From: Candidatus Chisholmbacteria bacterium RIFCSPHIGHO2_01_FULL_52_32
Lineage (GTDB): Bacteria; Patescibacteriota; Microgenomatia; UBA1400; Chisholmbacteraceae
DNA length: 64,000 bases
Assembly: GCA_001816585.1 (NCBI GenBank)
Contig: MHCJ01000003.1
Span: 11,013-75,012, forward strand
Direction: 5' to 3'
Position 1 is the stretch's first letter; the number at the start of each line of letters is the position of its first letter. Of this stretch, positions 18,452 to 27,506 are shown one piece after another. A program made the position numbers and the translations under genes. The notes under the pieces were generated by a model. The model was not told where the DNA came from, did not search any database, and saw nothing but the letters and a program-made list of their open reading frames with translations.

Positions 18452-19777
18452 ATGGATGAACGGTACCGGAAATTCATTTTTCCTTCCGGTTTAACACTTC
18501 TGACGGTGCCGATGCCGGGGGTCGAGAGCGTGACCATTCTTGTGATGGTGCGGACCGGGAGCCGCGACGAACCTTCTGAGCTTTCGGGGATTTCCCATTT
18601 TCTCGAGCACATGGTCTTTAAGGGAACGGCGAAGTATCCTTCGGCCTTGGCGTTGACCTCGGCGATTGATTCAGTGGGAGGGGAATTCAATGCCTTTACA
18701 AGCAAGGAGTTCACCGGTTTTTACGTCAAGGTGGCAAGCGCCCATCTTGACAAAGGGATTGATGTTTTGTCTCAGATGCTCACAGCGCCGAAGCTTTTGG
18801 CGAGCGATATCGAGCGGGAGAAGGGGGTTGTGGTTGAGGAAATTAACCTTTATGAGGATTTACCAACGCACAAAGTTTCCGATGTGTTTGACCGGCTGAT
18901 GTACGGAGCCAATGGCTTGGGAAGAGAGACAGCGGGGAGCAAAGAAACAGTGAAGTCATTGTCGAGGGAAGACCTGCTCCGTTACCTTCGCGGGCGCTAC
19001 ACGGCGACGCGGACGGTGGTTGGTGTAGTCGGGGGGGTTGGTGGGATCGATGGAGAAAAGGAGATGCGAAGGATTCGGGAATCGGTCGGAAGAGCCTTTG
19101 CACCACTGGGCAAAGATCGTATATCTCGTTGGGGAAGTCCGGTTGAGCTGCCTCGTCGGTCTTCCGTTGCCCTCCATCCCAAGAAGACCAACCAGGCGCA
19201 TTTTATCTTGGGTGTTCCGGCGTTCCGGCGAGGGCATCGGGATCGGTTTGCCTTGGCGGTTTTGGCAACAATCCTTGGGGGAAACATGAGCTCGAGGCTG
19301 TTTTCGGAAGTCCGCGAGAAGCGAGGCCTGGCCTACTACGTCAAGTCCGATGTCGATATTTTCTTTGATACGGGAAGCATTTCGGTCCATACCGGGGTAG
19401 AGGTGGGTAAAATCGACGAGGCGATTCGGGTTACGCTTTTGCAACTTCGGCTTGCGGCAAACGGGAGCCGGGGACAAGGGATTTCTGCAACGGAAGTGGT
19501 TGCGGCAAAAGATTATCTCAAGGGCCAGTTTATTCTTGATCTTGAAGACAGCCATGAGGTGGCGGATCACTTTGTCCGTCGCTACCTTTTGGAGCAACGG
19601 ATTCTTACCCCAGGTGAGTTTTTGGCAATGATTGACCGGGTGCGACCCACGGATGTGGTACGGGTAGCTAAAACGCTTTTTAATGGGGATGGGCTGCGGT
19701 TGGCGGTGGTGGGACCGTACTCGGAAAAGGATAGACAGCGATGGGAGAGGATGATACAGTTAAAAGTGAAAAGTTAA
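18452..19777 (+). CDS. M16 family zinc peptidase
   Basis: HFLEHMVFKGT, NAFT, SSRLFSEVREKRGLAYY. Confidence 0.93.
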   Translation: MDERYRKFIFPSGLTLLTVPMPGVESVTILVMVRTGSRDEPSELSGISHFLEHMVFKGTAKYPSALALTSAIDSVGGEFNAFTSKEFTGFYVKVASAHLDKGIDVLSQMLTAPKLLASDIEREKGVVVEEINLYEDLPTHKVSDVFDRLMYGANGLGRETAGSKETVKSLSREDLLRYLRGRYTATRTVVGVVGGVGGIDGEKEMRRIRESVGRAFAPLGKDRISRWGSPVELPRRSSVALHPKKTNQAHFILGVPAFRRGHRDRFALAVLATILGGNMSSRLFSEVREKRGLAYYVKSDVDIFFDTGSISVHTGVEVGKIDEAIRVTLLQLRLAANGSRGQGISATEVVAAKDYLKGQFILDLEDSHEVADHFVRRYLLEQRILTPGEFLAMIDRVRPTDVVRVAKTLFNGDGLRLAVVGPYSEKDRQRWERMIQLKVKS

Positions 19778-19799
19778 AAGTGAAAAGTTGGGAGAAGGG

Positions 19800-20264
19800 A
19801 TGGAGCAAACGGTGGTACTCGTCAAGCCGGATGCGATGCAGCGAGGGCTTGTCGGGCAGATTATCAGTCGGTTTGAGCAAAAAGGATTGAAGCTGGTCGC
19901 CATCAAAATGATGGAGCTTTCCGATGAGGTTTTGGACGAGTGGTATGCACACCACAAGGGGAAGCCGTTTTTTGAGAATCTGAAGATCTTCATGAGGAGT
20001 GCTCCGATTATTGCCATGCTCTGGGAGGGATTGGAGGCAGTTGAGGCGGTGCGAAAGCTTTGTGGCGTTACCAAAGCCAGGGCGGCCGAGGCGGGGAGCA
20101 TCCGTGGGGACTTCGGGATGAGCCAGCAGCTTAATTTAGTCCATGCGTCTGATTCACTTGAGATGGCCAAGAAGGAGAAGGATCTCATTTTCTCCCCTGG
20201 GGAGATTTTCAGTTATGAACACGGTGCGCACCCGTTGATTTACTCCGAAGAGGAGAGGGAGTAG
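19800..20264 (+). CDS. ndk: Nucleoside diphosphate kinase
   Basis: VKPDAMQRGLVGQII, GSIRGDF, NLVHASDS. Confidence 0.96.
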   Translation: MEQTVVLVKPDAMQRGLVGQIISRFEQKGLKLVAIKMMELSDEVLDEWYAHHKGKPFFENLKIFMRSAPIIAMLWEGLEAVEAVRKLCGVTKARAAEAGSIRGDFGMSQQLNLVHASDSLEMAKKEKDLIFSPGEIFSYEHGAHPLIYSEEERE

Positions 20265-20356
20265 AGATAGGCATTAGGCACTAGGCAATAGGGTAGAGGG
20301 TAAAGGGAGAAGTCTTCGGTTTTCAGTCTTCAGTTTTTTAAGCCGAGTGAGACAGA

Positions 20357-20381
20357 CCTTTAAAGGAGGCTCCCTGCAAGG
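20357..20381. repeat. REP-like palindrome (CCTTTAAAGG subtype)
   Basis: cctttaaagg-aggct-ccctgcaagg. Confidence 0.75.
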
Positions 20382-20431
20382 TAAGGCCTATACTTGAGTT
20401 TCCAAGAGGAAGTAGTATACTTCCTGGAATT

Positions 20432-20926
20432 ATGAGTAGAAGTGGGCCTGAAGCGCCAGGAAAAGAAGAGAAGCTAAGCTCCGCTGAGGTGTTTGTTGAG
20501 GCGAAGCGATTACTCGGGGCATTTAAAGAAAACCTGAGAACGACACCCGAGTTCTCGAACGCTGTTGTGGATGGTTATTTCAGCGAGGAGCCCTACGACA
20601 GGAGTAACTTTGGTCACGTACCGGTTGAGATCACAAGGGGTGGTTTTCGTTATTCCATTAGCTACGTCGCAGTCAAGAACATTATCGGCCGTACGGAACA
20701 TGAATTACAGATTATCCGGGAACGATCGGGAGAGAAACAGCCAGGAGATTTGACAGAGGAAATGGATTTGTTAGTGGAACCTAATTCAGCCCGTATCCGA
20801 TTTATGAGGGGAACACGAGATAGCGATGAAATTTGGAATGAAGAAGGTTTGGAGCTCCATATTTCGACGCCGACTGCGGTTGAGAATGCTGAGGCATTTC
20901 TTCGAGATCTTCAGGGAACCACTTAA
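20432..20926 (+). CDS. Hypothetical protein between REP-like palindromes
   Basis: 164-aa ORF after TTGAGT-N17-TATACT. Confidence 0.75.
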   Translation: MSRSGPEAPGKEEKLSSAEVFVEAKRLLGAFKENLRTTPEFSNAVVDGYFSEEPYDRSNFGHVPVEITRGGFRYSISYVAVKNIIGRTEHELQIIRERSGEKQPGDLTEEMDLLVEPNSARIRFMRGTRDSDEIWNEEGLELHISTPTAVENAEAFLRDLQGTT

Positions 20927-20939
20927 GGAGATTTAAAGA

Positions 20940-21689
20940 CCTTGAAAGGTCTGACCTTTCAAGGTCGGTCGATGGTGAGACCTGGAAGGAATGGGTCCGG
21001 CGTTTCATCCTTGGTTTCCACGAACGATTCGTAGGAGGTAAAGTCGATACTCCCGATTCTTCTTCTCGATTTGAAAAAGGCGAGGATTTCTTTCGGCTGA
21101 ATCCATGCGGTCGTTCGCAGCCCAAGATACTCCGCGTAACTTGAGTAGGGATAGTCTTTGAGCGGTTTTTCCCAAAATTTCATTGGATTTTTGTGGATGT
21201 AGCGACTGAGGTGGAGGAACTGCTCGTTGGTTTCCACAAGTACGGCTTTATACACACTCTCAAATAATGATCCTAATCTTCCGTGTGTCTTGTTGAAGTG
21301 AACAGCATACCGAGTTGCTAGGGACTGCATGAATTGTTTCATCATATTTTTTGTCTGTTGCATTACCAGGAGATGGAAGTGATTTGGCATCAGGCAGTAC
21401 GCGAGCAGCTTGAGTTTCCCGGAACAATTCTTGGGTTGATGCGGTATACCTTGAAAGGTCGAACCTTTCAAGGTGAAGGATTGGACGAGGGCTTGTGGGT
21501 TTGGCGGGGGTGAGAGCGCTGTTTTTAGGATATTTAGGAAGACCTGATAATCTTTTTTGCCGACAAAAATAGATCGTTTCTCAACACCCCGATTGTAAAT
21601 ATGGTAGTACCCACCTTCGACATTGATCTTGCGGGTGTGCTTTCGAGGCATAATATTTATCCTACCTTGAAAGGTCTGACCTTTCAAGG
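20940..21689 (-). mobile_element. RAYT-type unit: Y1 transposase flanked by identical 25-nt palindromes, third copy inside the CDS
   Basis: ccttgaaaggtctgacctttcaagg at 20940-20964 and 21665-21689; variant at 21449-21473. Confidence 0.8.
20959..21651 (-). CDS. REP-associated tyrosine transposase (IS200-like HUH/Y1)
   Basis: YYHIYNRG, YCLMPNHFHLL (HUH), YIHKNP, YPYSSY. Confidence 0.92.
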   Translation of the reverse strand: MPRKHTRKINVEGGYYHIYNRGVEKRSIFVGKKDYQVFLNILKTALSPPPNPQALVQSFTLKGSTFQGIPHQPKNCSGKLKLLAYCLMPNHFHLLVMQQTKNMMKQFMQSLATRYAVHFNKTHGRLGSLFESVYKAVLVETNEQFLHLSRYIHKNPMKFWEKPLKDYPYSSYAEYLGLRTTAWIQPKEILAFFKSRRRIGSIDFTSYESFVETKDETPDPFLPGLTIDRP

Positions 21690-21699
21690 TTGGTGTTTG

Positions 21700-23874
21700 T
21701 TACGCTTCTTTTATTGTTCTTGAGTATCTTTCGCGGGAGACGCGCAGGACTTTTTCCCGGTTTTGGTTCTTGGAGCGGGGTAAAGGCAGGGTAATGGCAG
21801 GGAAGGGAGCGGAGGTGGCGTTATCGATCGAGAGTTTGATGACGATTTGGTACTTACCGAGGCTCACCAGCTCTTCCTGGGTGTAAACCCCGCCAAATTC
21901 CTTCATCAGGTGCTCGGCGTCTTCGGCACCGACGAGGAAGCCTACCAAGGTTCCTGCATTGCCGAAGATTGCCTTTTCGAGCTCCTCGTTAAGCTGGGCG
22001 ATGTATTGGTTGGCAAGGATGAGGTCCAGGCGGTATTTGCGTGCTTCGGAGAGGATTTTAATGAAGCTCGTTGTCGCAAAGTTCTGGAACTCGTCCACGT
22101 AGAGGTAGAAGTCGCGGCGCTGTGCCTCCGGGATGTTTATCCGGTTCATCGCGGCAAGCTGCATCTTGGTGATGAACATGGCGCCAAGTAGGGCGGCATT
22201 GTCTTCGCCGAGTTTCCCTTGGGCGAGGTTGACGATCAAGATCTTTCCGCTGTTCATGAGTTCCTCTAGGTTCAACGAAGAATGCGGATGGCTGATGATT
22301 TCTCTGATGGTCGGGCTGGTGACGAATTGGCCGACTTTGTTGAGGATGGGCGAGATGGCTTCCGAGCGAAGCTTGGGGTTCATCTGCGCGTACTCCTTGG
22401 TCCAGAACGTTTTGAGGGCATCTTCAGGGAGCCGGTCCACGATTGACTGGCGGAAGCTGTCATCGGTGAGGATCCGTGGCACGTCGACTAGGGTTGAACC
22501 GGGCCGCTGGACTAAGGTGAGGATCGAGTTTCGCAGGATATACTCAAGGCGCGGCCCCCAGGAGTAGTAGTAGAGCTTATAGAAGATGGCAACGATCCCG
22601 GAGGCGACCAGCTCGGCGTGGGCGGGATCGTCGACCTCCAAGGGATTCATCCGGATGACGTGCTTTGTGTCTGAGGGATCAAAGTAGACGACGTCGTTTA
22701 ACCGTTTTGCGGGAATATAGTCAAGCAGTATGTCACAGAGGTCGCCGTGGGGGTCGATGATGGCCAGGCCCTCGTCGTTTCGCATGTCGGCGATTGCGAG
22801 GTTTGCAATCAGGGTTGATTTTCCGGTACCGGTTTTTCCGATGATGTAAATGTGCTTTCTTCGGTCAAGCCGCTTGATGCCGAAGATTTGCATGCGGTTT
22901 TTAAACTCGGTGCGGGCGATGAAGTTGATCTCCCGCTTTTCCTCGTCGGTAAGGTCAATGGCAATCGGTAAGTTCTCCGGCGGTTCGCCGAGGAGGTTTG
23001 AGCCCCAAGCGATGTTGCGGATTTTGGCGAGGGTTAGGTTGGGAAGGTGATATAGTGTGGCTAGTTCTGATATATTCAGATAGTGTTTTGCCGGTGTATT
23101 TGCAAATGTACGGGTGGTGATTGACCTTAGAAATTCCCGTCTGAAAAGGGTGGGGGTTTTGAGCCGGAGGCTGTTTCCCTCGCCGATGGTGAAACTGCCA
23201 TACGAGCCGGCGATGTGCTTCAGGAGCTCTTGGGAGCGGGTTTTGCTGTCGGAATCAGTTACGAGCTTGATGCCTACCCGGAAACCAACCTCCGAGATTT
23301 TTCTTTCAATCAGCTCTTTTTGGGGATGGGCCTTGGTTTCTCCGGGTTGGCCGCCGACGGCTGGCACTCCTTTTTCAACGGCGCTTGCTCCTTTTGATTG
23401 CCAATTTCCAGAGGCAGGAGCCACCAAATACTGGACAAGCATCAGGTCATCGGGCTGGGCTTTTGCCATGGTTCCGAGGATGGCTGCCAACGGATCCACG
23501 TCCGTGAATTCTTTATAGGTTTTGAGGGGAAAATACGATGCTTGCGAGAGTGTGAGCAGGCCGACTGAGGGATTTTTCCACTCGTTCGGAGGCGGTAGGT
23601 ATTCTTTTACGGGGGTGATGATGATTTTCGGAAAGGAAGCGGAGAGTTGGGATTCGAGGTAACCTTGGACGTCCTTCGGGGCAACGACATAAAAGTGGGT
23701 GACTTGATTGATGGTGGCGATTTCGAGTGAGATGGGCTCCGGAATACCGAGGAGCTGTTTTAGAAAGGGCGTACGAAGGTGGGGAAGGGCGGCGAGGAAT
23801 TGGGCGGCGGCTTCGGGGGTTTCTTCGCTGTCGCGGGGAGTACGCAGTTCAAGGATGACGCGATCGGCAGTCAT
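21700..23874 (-). CDS. VirB4/TraG/TrwB-like ATPase (CPR type IV secretion-like DNA-binding protein)
   Basis: HIYIIGKTGTGKST, IIDPHGDL, LYVDEFQNF, LSEARKYRL, ANQY. Confidence 0.88.
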   Translation of the reverse strand: MTADRVILELRTPRDSEETPEAAAQFLAALPHLRTPFLKQLLGIPEPISLEIATINQVTHFYVVAPKDVQGYLESQLSASFPKIIITPVKEYLPPPNEWKNPSVGLLTLSQASYFPLKTYKEFTDVDPLAAILGTMAKAQPDDLMLVQYLVAPASGNWQSKGASAVEKGVPAVGGQPGETKAHPQKELIERKISEVGFRVGIKLVTDSDSKTRSQELLKHIAGSYGSFTIGEGNSLRLKTPTLFRREFLRSITTRTFANTPAKHYLNISELATLYHLPNLTLAKIRNIAWGSNLLGEPPENLPIAIDLTDEEKREINFIARTEFKNRMQIFGIKRLDRRKHIYIIGKTGTGKSTLIANLAIADMRNDEGLAIIDPHGDLCDILLDYIPAKRLNDVVYFDPSDTKHVIRMNPLEVDDPAHAELVASGIVAIFYKLYYYSWGPRLEYILRNSILTLVQRPGSTLVDVPRILTDDSFRQSIVDRLPEDALKTFWTKEYAQMNPKLRSEAISPILNKVGQFVTSPTIREIISHPHSSLNLEELMNSGKILIVNLAQGKLGEDNAALLGAMFITKMQLAAMNRINIPEAQRRDFYLYVDEFQNFATTSFIKILSEARKYRLDLILANQYIAQLNEELEKAIFGNAGTLVGFLVGAEDAEHLMKEFGGVYTQEELVSLGKYQIVIKLSIDNATSAPFPAITLPLPRSKNQNREKVLRVSRERYSRTIKEA

Positions 23875-23891
23875 GAGGAAATCATAGCATA

Positions 23892-24080
23892 TTCGCCCCT
23901 TTCTTTGCTTGTCCAAAGAAAGGGGCGAAAGAAAGGACACCCCAGTGAACGATCTCTCGGGAACTCGTTCGCTCATCCTTCGTCATCAAACTCCTCGGGA
24001 TAAACCCTTCGTCGAACAGTCGATGACATTTCAGCGGTATTCGCTCACTTCGTTCTCGAGTAGCTCCGTTCAAAGGGGGG
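23892..24080 (+). repeat. Structured interspersed repeat, copy 1
   Basis: Similar to 60941-61127 with compensatory stem changes. Confidence 0.75.
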
Positions 24081-24127
24081 GAGCATTTTATGCTTGAAGA
24101 TACGGGTATGGTACAATTTTGGCAACA

Positions 24128-24199
24128 CGGAGCGTAGTTCACCGGTAGAACGCTCGGTTCGGGACCGAGAGGTACTGGGTTCAATTCCCAGCGCTCCGA
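24128..24199 (+). tRNA. tRNA-Pro(CGG)
   Basis: Cloverleaf, ctcgg-tt-CGG-ga-ccgag, TTCAATTCC. Confidence 0.95.
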
Positions 24200-24209
24200 C
24201 TCTTTCCAT

Positions 24210-24281
24210 GTCCCTGTAGCTCAACGGATAGAGCAGAGGTTTCCTAAACCTCCGATAGAGGTTCAATTCCTCTCAGGGACA
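24210..24281 (+). tRNA. tRNA-Arg(CCT)
   Basis: Cloverleaf, gaggt-tt-CCT-aa-acctc. Confidence 0.95.
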
Positions 24282-24720
24282 CTGCTTGGATAGGGAAAAT
24301 ATCTCCTCGTGAACCTTCGGAATAGGGTTTGTGTTCATCGGCACGCTTCTCCTCTTTCGCTTTTTCGGTCTGGGCATGATGATAGACGTTCCAATCCTGC
24401 TCGCTCATATCTGCGTATCCCGGAGCCGAGGCGATGTTGGCCATGGTTCCCAGGGTCCTATCGCCGATCGGGCGGTAGAAGGCGCCGACAACGATCTCCA
24501 CTTCGCGCTCGAAAACGACGATTGTGGCGTTTAACTCATCGAACGTTTGCTCAATGCCTGGCACAATGAGGAGACCGAAGACGCCATATCCTTCGGTGTC
24601 TTCCCGAGCGTGGTCGCCTTCATGGCTCACCGGTTCGTCAATAACGTGGGAAGGAGTGTCCCTTTCTGCCGCAGCTCTGGCGAGGTCGCCTAAGTTTGAA
24701 CCGACAACTTCCGTGTGCAT
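24244..24720 (-). CDS. Hypothetical acidic protein; 3' end runs antisense into tRNA-Arg (possibly truncated)
   Basis: 158-aa ORF overlapping the tRNA by 38 nt. Confidence 0.45.
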   Translation of the reverse strand: MHTEVVGSNLGDLARAAAERDTPSHVIDEPVSHEGDHAREDTEGYGVFGLLIVPGIEQTFDELNATIVVFEREVEIVVGAFYRPIGDRTLGTMANIASAPGYADMSEQDWNVYHHAQTEKAKEEKRADEHKPYSEGSRGDIFPIQAVSLRGIEPLSEV

Positions 24721-24853
24721 TTGGTCTCTTTTCTCACACCGTGTAAAGTCGGCAGGCAGCGTTGAAAATATAAATTGAGGTTCCTGCTGGGATTACGAAT
24801 CTAAAGATTGAGGATAGTCAGGAGCCAATCCGATAGATCACCTACAATTTAGG

Positions 24854-25288
24854 TTACGGTTGTGACAATGTTTCATCTTCAGCTGCGTTCGGCTTGAGCC
24901 TCTTGTCAATCTCGGAAATCAATTCATGAATTGCTGCAGTTTCGAGTTGACGTGTCTCTAGCAATTGTTGCAAGGTGAGTCCTTGGCTCTCTAGATTAGC
25001 TAGAGTCATCTTTAAGCGTTCTCCGTACTCCGAAGTTCTGTTTGATATCTTATCTGCAACAAGCGTTACCGCGAGTAACCTGATAACTGTACGTCTGTGT
25101 TCATCAGGGACACTTTCATTGAGCCACTCAAGCCTCTTGTCTTGGTCGATACGATCAAAAGCCATTTGTGCATAGGTTGTTACGAGACCCATGTCAGCCT
25201 CGTCCAGGCTGATATCTCCGACGACGCCAAGTATATCTTGAGCTATCTGAGAGAATTTGTCTTTCCTCAACGTTTCTTTATCTGGCAT
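24854..25288 (-). CDS. Hypothetical helical protein
   Basis: 144-aa ORF, AT-richer than core genes. Confidence 0.7.
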   Translation of the reverse strand: MPDKETLRKDKFSQIAQDILGVVGDISLDEADMGLVTTYAQMAFDRIDQDKRLEWLNESVPDEHRRTVIRLLAVTLVADKISNRTSEYGERLKMTLANLESQGLTLQQLLETRQLETAAIHELISEIDKRLKPNAAEDETLSQP

Positions 25289-25407
25289 ATCGTTACATTT
25301 TCAATCTTTCTCAGCGATGGACATATTGTACCGCAAGAGTCAATGTTTTGTTCGGGATTGAGAGTTGGGGCTTACTGCACGTTGAGCTTTTATGTGGACT
25401 TTGCTTA

Positions 25408-25716
25408 TTATGGGCGTGCGTTTAAGTCTTTCGATCTCTGTTTTCGTTCCTCAAGCTCACTTTGCATTCCGTTCATCGCGGTGTCGAACTCTTGCATAAA
25501 CTGATCGAATTCATCTTGGGTTGCATACTCCGCAAGGAGGTGGATAACTGGGGGAAGTATAGATTGTAGTTTCGTGAGTAATTTGTCTGCTGCCGCAGTG
25601 TCAGAAGAAATGCCGAGTATCTCTCGTAATGTTTCATCTGGTTCAGCGCTGAGCGCGCGTTGCCGCTCGTGCCAGATCGAAGCTATTGGAACCGACTTCA
25701 ACTGCCCGCATGCCAC
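25408..25716 (-). CDS. Hypothetical protein
   Basis: 102-aa ORF, start uncertain. Confidence 0.55.
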   Translation of the reverse strand: MACGQLKSVPIASIWHERQRALSAEPDETLREILGISSDTAAADKLLTKLQSILPPVIHLLAEYATQDEFDQFMQEFDTAMNGMQSELEERKQRSKDLNARP

Positions 25717-25817
25717 TATTCTCTCACATCGTGTAAAGTGAGAAACTGCGTATCGTAGTCAGACTCAATGAAGCTTTGTACGGGTGGAGAGTTTCACGAA
25801 TGGGCAGAATGTAGCGC

Positions 25818-26135
25818 TTAGTGTTCTTGACCAAGATATGCATTGATTTCATCTAATCGTTGTCGTGCTTCTGCCTGCCATTTTTCAATCAAATCAAGAT
25901 CCTCAGTTTCCAGTTTACCCGCAGCATCCATTTGGGGAAGTATATTGTTTAATGCCGTCGTTATTGCGTTTATTGTGATCAAATACCGTTGGATCTCGTC
26001 CGGTATGTTGATTTGTAACCACCGCTCGACTTCGGCCTCATCTCTACCTTCCGCAAACATCTGGAGCAGTGTTGAGGCGAGCCTGTCTAATTCCTGAGGA
26101 TCGGAGATGATTCTTCCTGATTCCACGGTTGGCAT
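25818..26135 (-). CDS. Hypothetical helical protein
   Basis: 105-aa ORF. Confidence 0.65.
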   Translation of the reverse strand: MPTVESGRIISDPQELDRLASTLLQMFAEGRDEAEVERWLQINIPDEIQRYLITINAITTALNNILPQMDAAGKLETEDLDLIEKWQAEARQRLDEINAYLGQEH

Positions 26136-26168
26136 AAATGGTTAGCGCTAATACGTTCAAACAAACGC

Positions 26169-26411
26169 TCAGCTTAGTGGAATATTTTGTGGGGGAGGGG
26201 GTTCTAGGGACTGAGGGGACTCTTCTGATTGGTGTTGTCTCGTATCTGGAACATGTCCGGGGGCAGTGAGCATCCAAAGTAAGGTATGACCGAAGCCGCG
26301 CAAGGTTCTTCCGAGCTCCTGGTGGAAGTACATCCCGAGCGGTTCTTGTTTCTGATTCGAGCTTATATCCGACTGCGGTACTTCCTGGTGGTAATTAGGT
26401 TTCGGTTCCAT
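26169..26411 (-). CDS. Hypothetical protein
   Basis: 80-aa ORF in the same-strand run. Confidence 0.5.
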   Translation of the reverse strand: MEPKPNYHQEVPQSDISSNQKQEPLGMYFHQELGRTLRGFGHTLLWMLTAPGHVPDTRQHQSEESPQSLEPPPPQNIPLS

Positions 26412-26531
26412 GATCTGATCACTCGAGCGGAAAGCCCTTGAGGGGATTCCTCTGAGTATGAGATATACAGGGGAAGTATACCAGAGCGGTCAATTTAATT
26501 ATCTTGGAAGGAGGGGCCTTGGACGGGGGGG

Positions 26532-27503
26532 CTAATTCTTCCTTCCCTTCGGAGTGAGGGAGAAGTCGAGATCGACGGTGATATTCGAATCAATAGTCGT
26601 GGTTTTGCGAATTTTCGTGAATCCTTGCGCATCAGCCTCCACATCATAACTTCCCGGATCGAGGCTGAATGTATAGTTTCCTGAAGCGTCGGTAGATGTC
26701 GTCGCAATGACTCTGGGTTTCCCTTTTGCGCCCGGAAGCATGACGGACATATTCGTTCCCGGGAGAGGATTGCCGGTTGTGGCATGGATGACGGTGCCTG
26801 TCAGCGTCCCTTTGGCTGTTGGGGGGACAGTAGGTGTTGGAGAGACAGTGGGCGTCGGGGTTGGTGGAACAGGATTGACGACTATCGTCGCAGTTTCTCC
26901 GGTAAAGCTTAAGTTTGCAGAGGTCATGTCAACCAGCTGGGTACCGACGGTGTCGAGATTAACTGTGGTTGTCTGGTTTTGCTCTTGGGTTTTCGGTCCG
27001 AATGCAACTTCGGCAAACTCAAATATGCCTGTCGGCGGGGTGGCTCTGTTTGCCGGGGAAAGACCGAGAACGATGAGAATTCTTCCGGTTGTGTTTGCAT
27101 CCGTCAGGGAGGTTTTAGTAACGACGGTACTCATAAGGTTCGTGGGGGCGATTTCTTGGGTGAGTGCAATTTTTGTTTGATCAAAGGCCAGCTCAACACG
27201 GGCAAACCCTAGTTGATTCGATTGCGCATCGAACATGAGTTTCAACGCGGTGTTCGGGGGGATGGTAGCTTGCGATGGGGTGAAATACATTTTTACCACT
27301 TGCTCCTGCGCCTTCGAGCGAAGCTCAGTTTTTCTCTGGACGAGGGAAATACTCAGCGGCATTGCCAATAACACGATTGCCAACAGTATCAATTTTTGGA
27401 AAGTCGAAGGCGGTAATTTGTACCTAAACGGCATTGACTGCGTTCCTTTGTCTGCGAAACCGCTTCCAAGTTGATTCATCCATTCGGGCATAGACTTTAC
27501 CAC
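26532..27503 (-). CDS. Membrane-anchored cohesin-like domain, PT linker and carboxypeptidase-regulatory-like domain
   Basis: TM then RSKA, beta-rich domain (FARVELAFDQTKI), PTPT linker, TDASGNYTFSLDPGSYDV; start uncertain. Confidence 0.7.
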   Translation of the reverse strand: MVKSMPEWMNQLGSGFADKGTQSMPFRYKLPPSTFQKLILLAIVLLAMPLSISLVQRKTELRSKAQEQVVKMYFTPSQATIPPNTALKLMFDAQSNQLGFARVELAFDQTKIALTQEIAPTNLMSTVVTKTSLTDANTTGRILIVLGLSPANRATPPTGIFEFAEVAFGPKTQEQNQTTTVNLDTVGTQLVDMTSANLSFTGETATIVVNPVPPTPTPTVSPTPTVPPTAKGTLTGTVIHATTGNPLPGTNMSVMLPGAKGKPRVIATTSTDASGNYTFSLDPGSYDVEADAQGFTKIRKTTTIDSNITVDLDFSLTPKGRKN

Positions 27504-27506
27504 TTT

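Noticed and set aside
21700-23874. Conjugative element implied by the VirB4/TraG-like ATPase
   Set aside because: No relaxase, mating-pair genes or integrase nearby; such ATPases are common chromosomal genes in CPR
23875-23976. N-terminal extensions in the ORF track (also 21652-21687, 32609-32863, 62690-62779)
   Set aside because: They translate repeats, leaders or the neighbouring gene; downstream ATGs fit better
26445-26457. attcctctgag as an attR copy of the tRNA-Arg 3' end
   Set aside because: The match is too short to distinguish from chance
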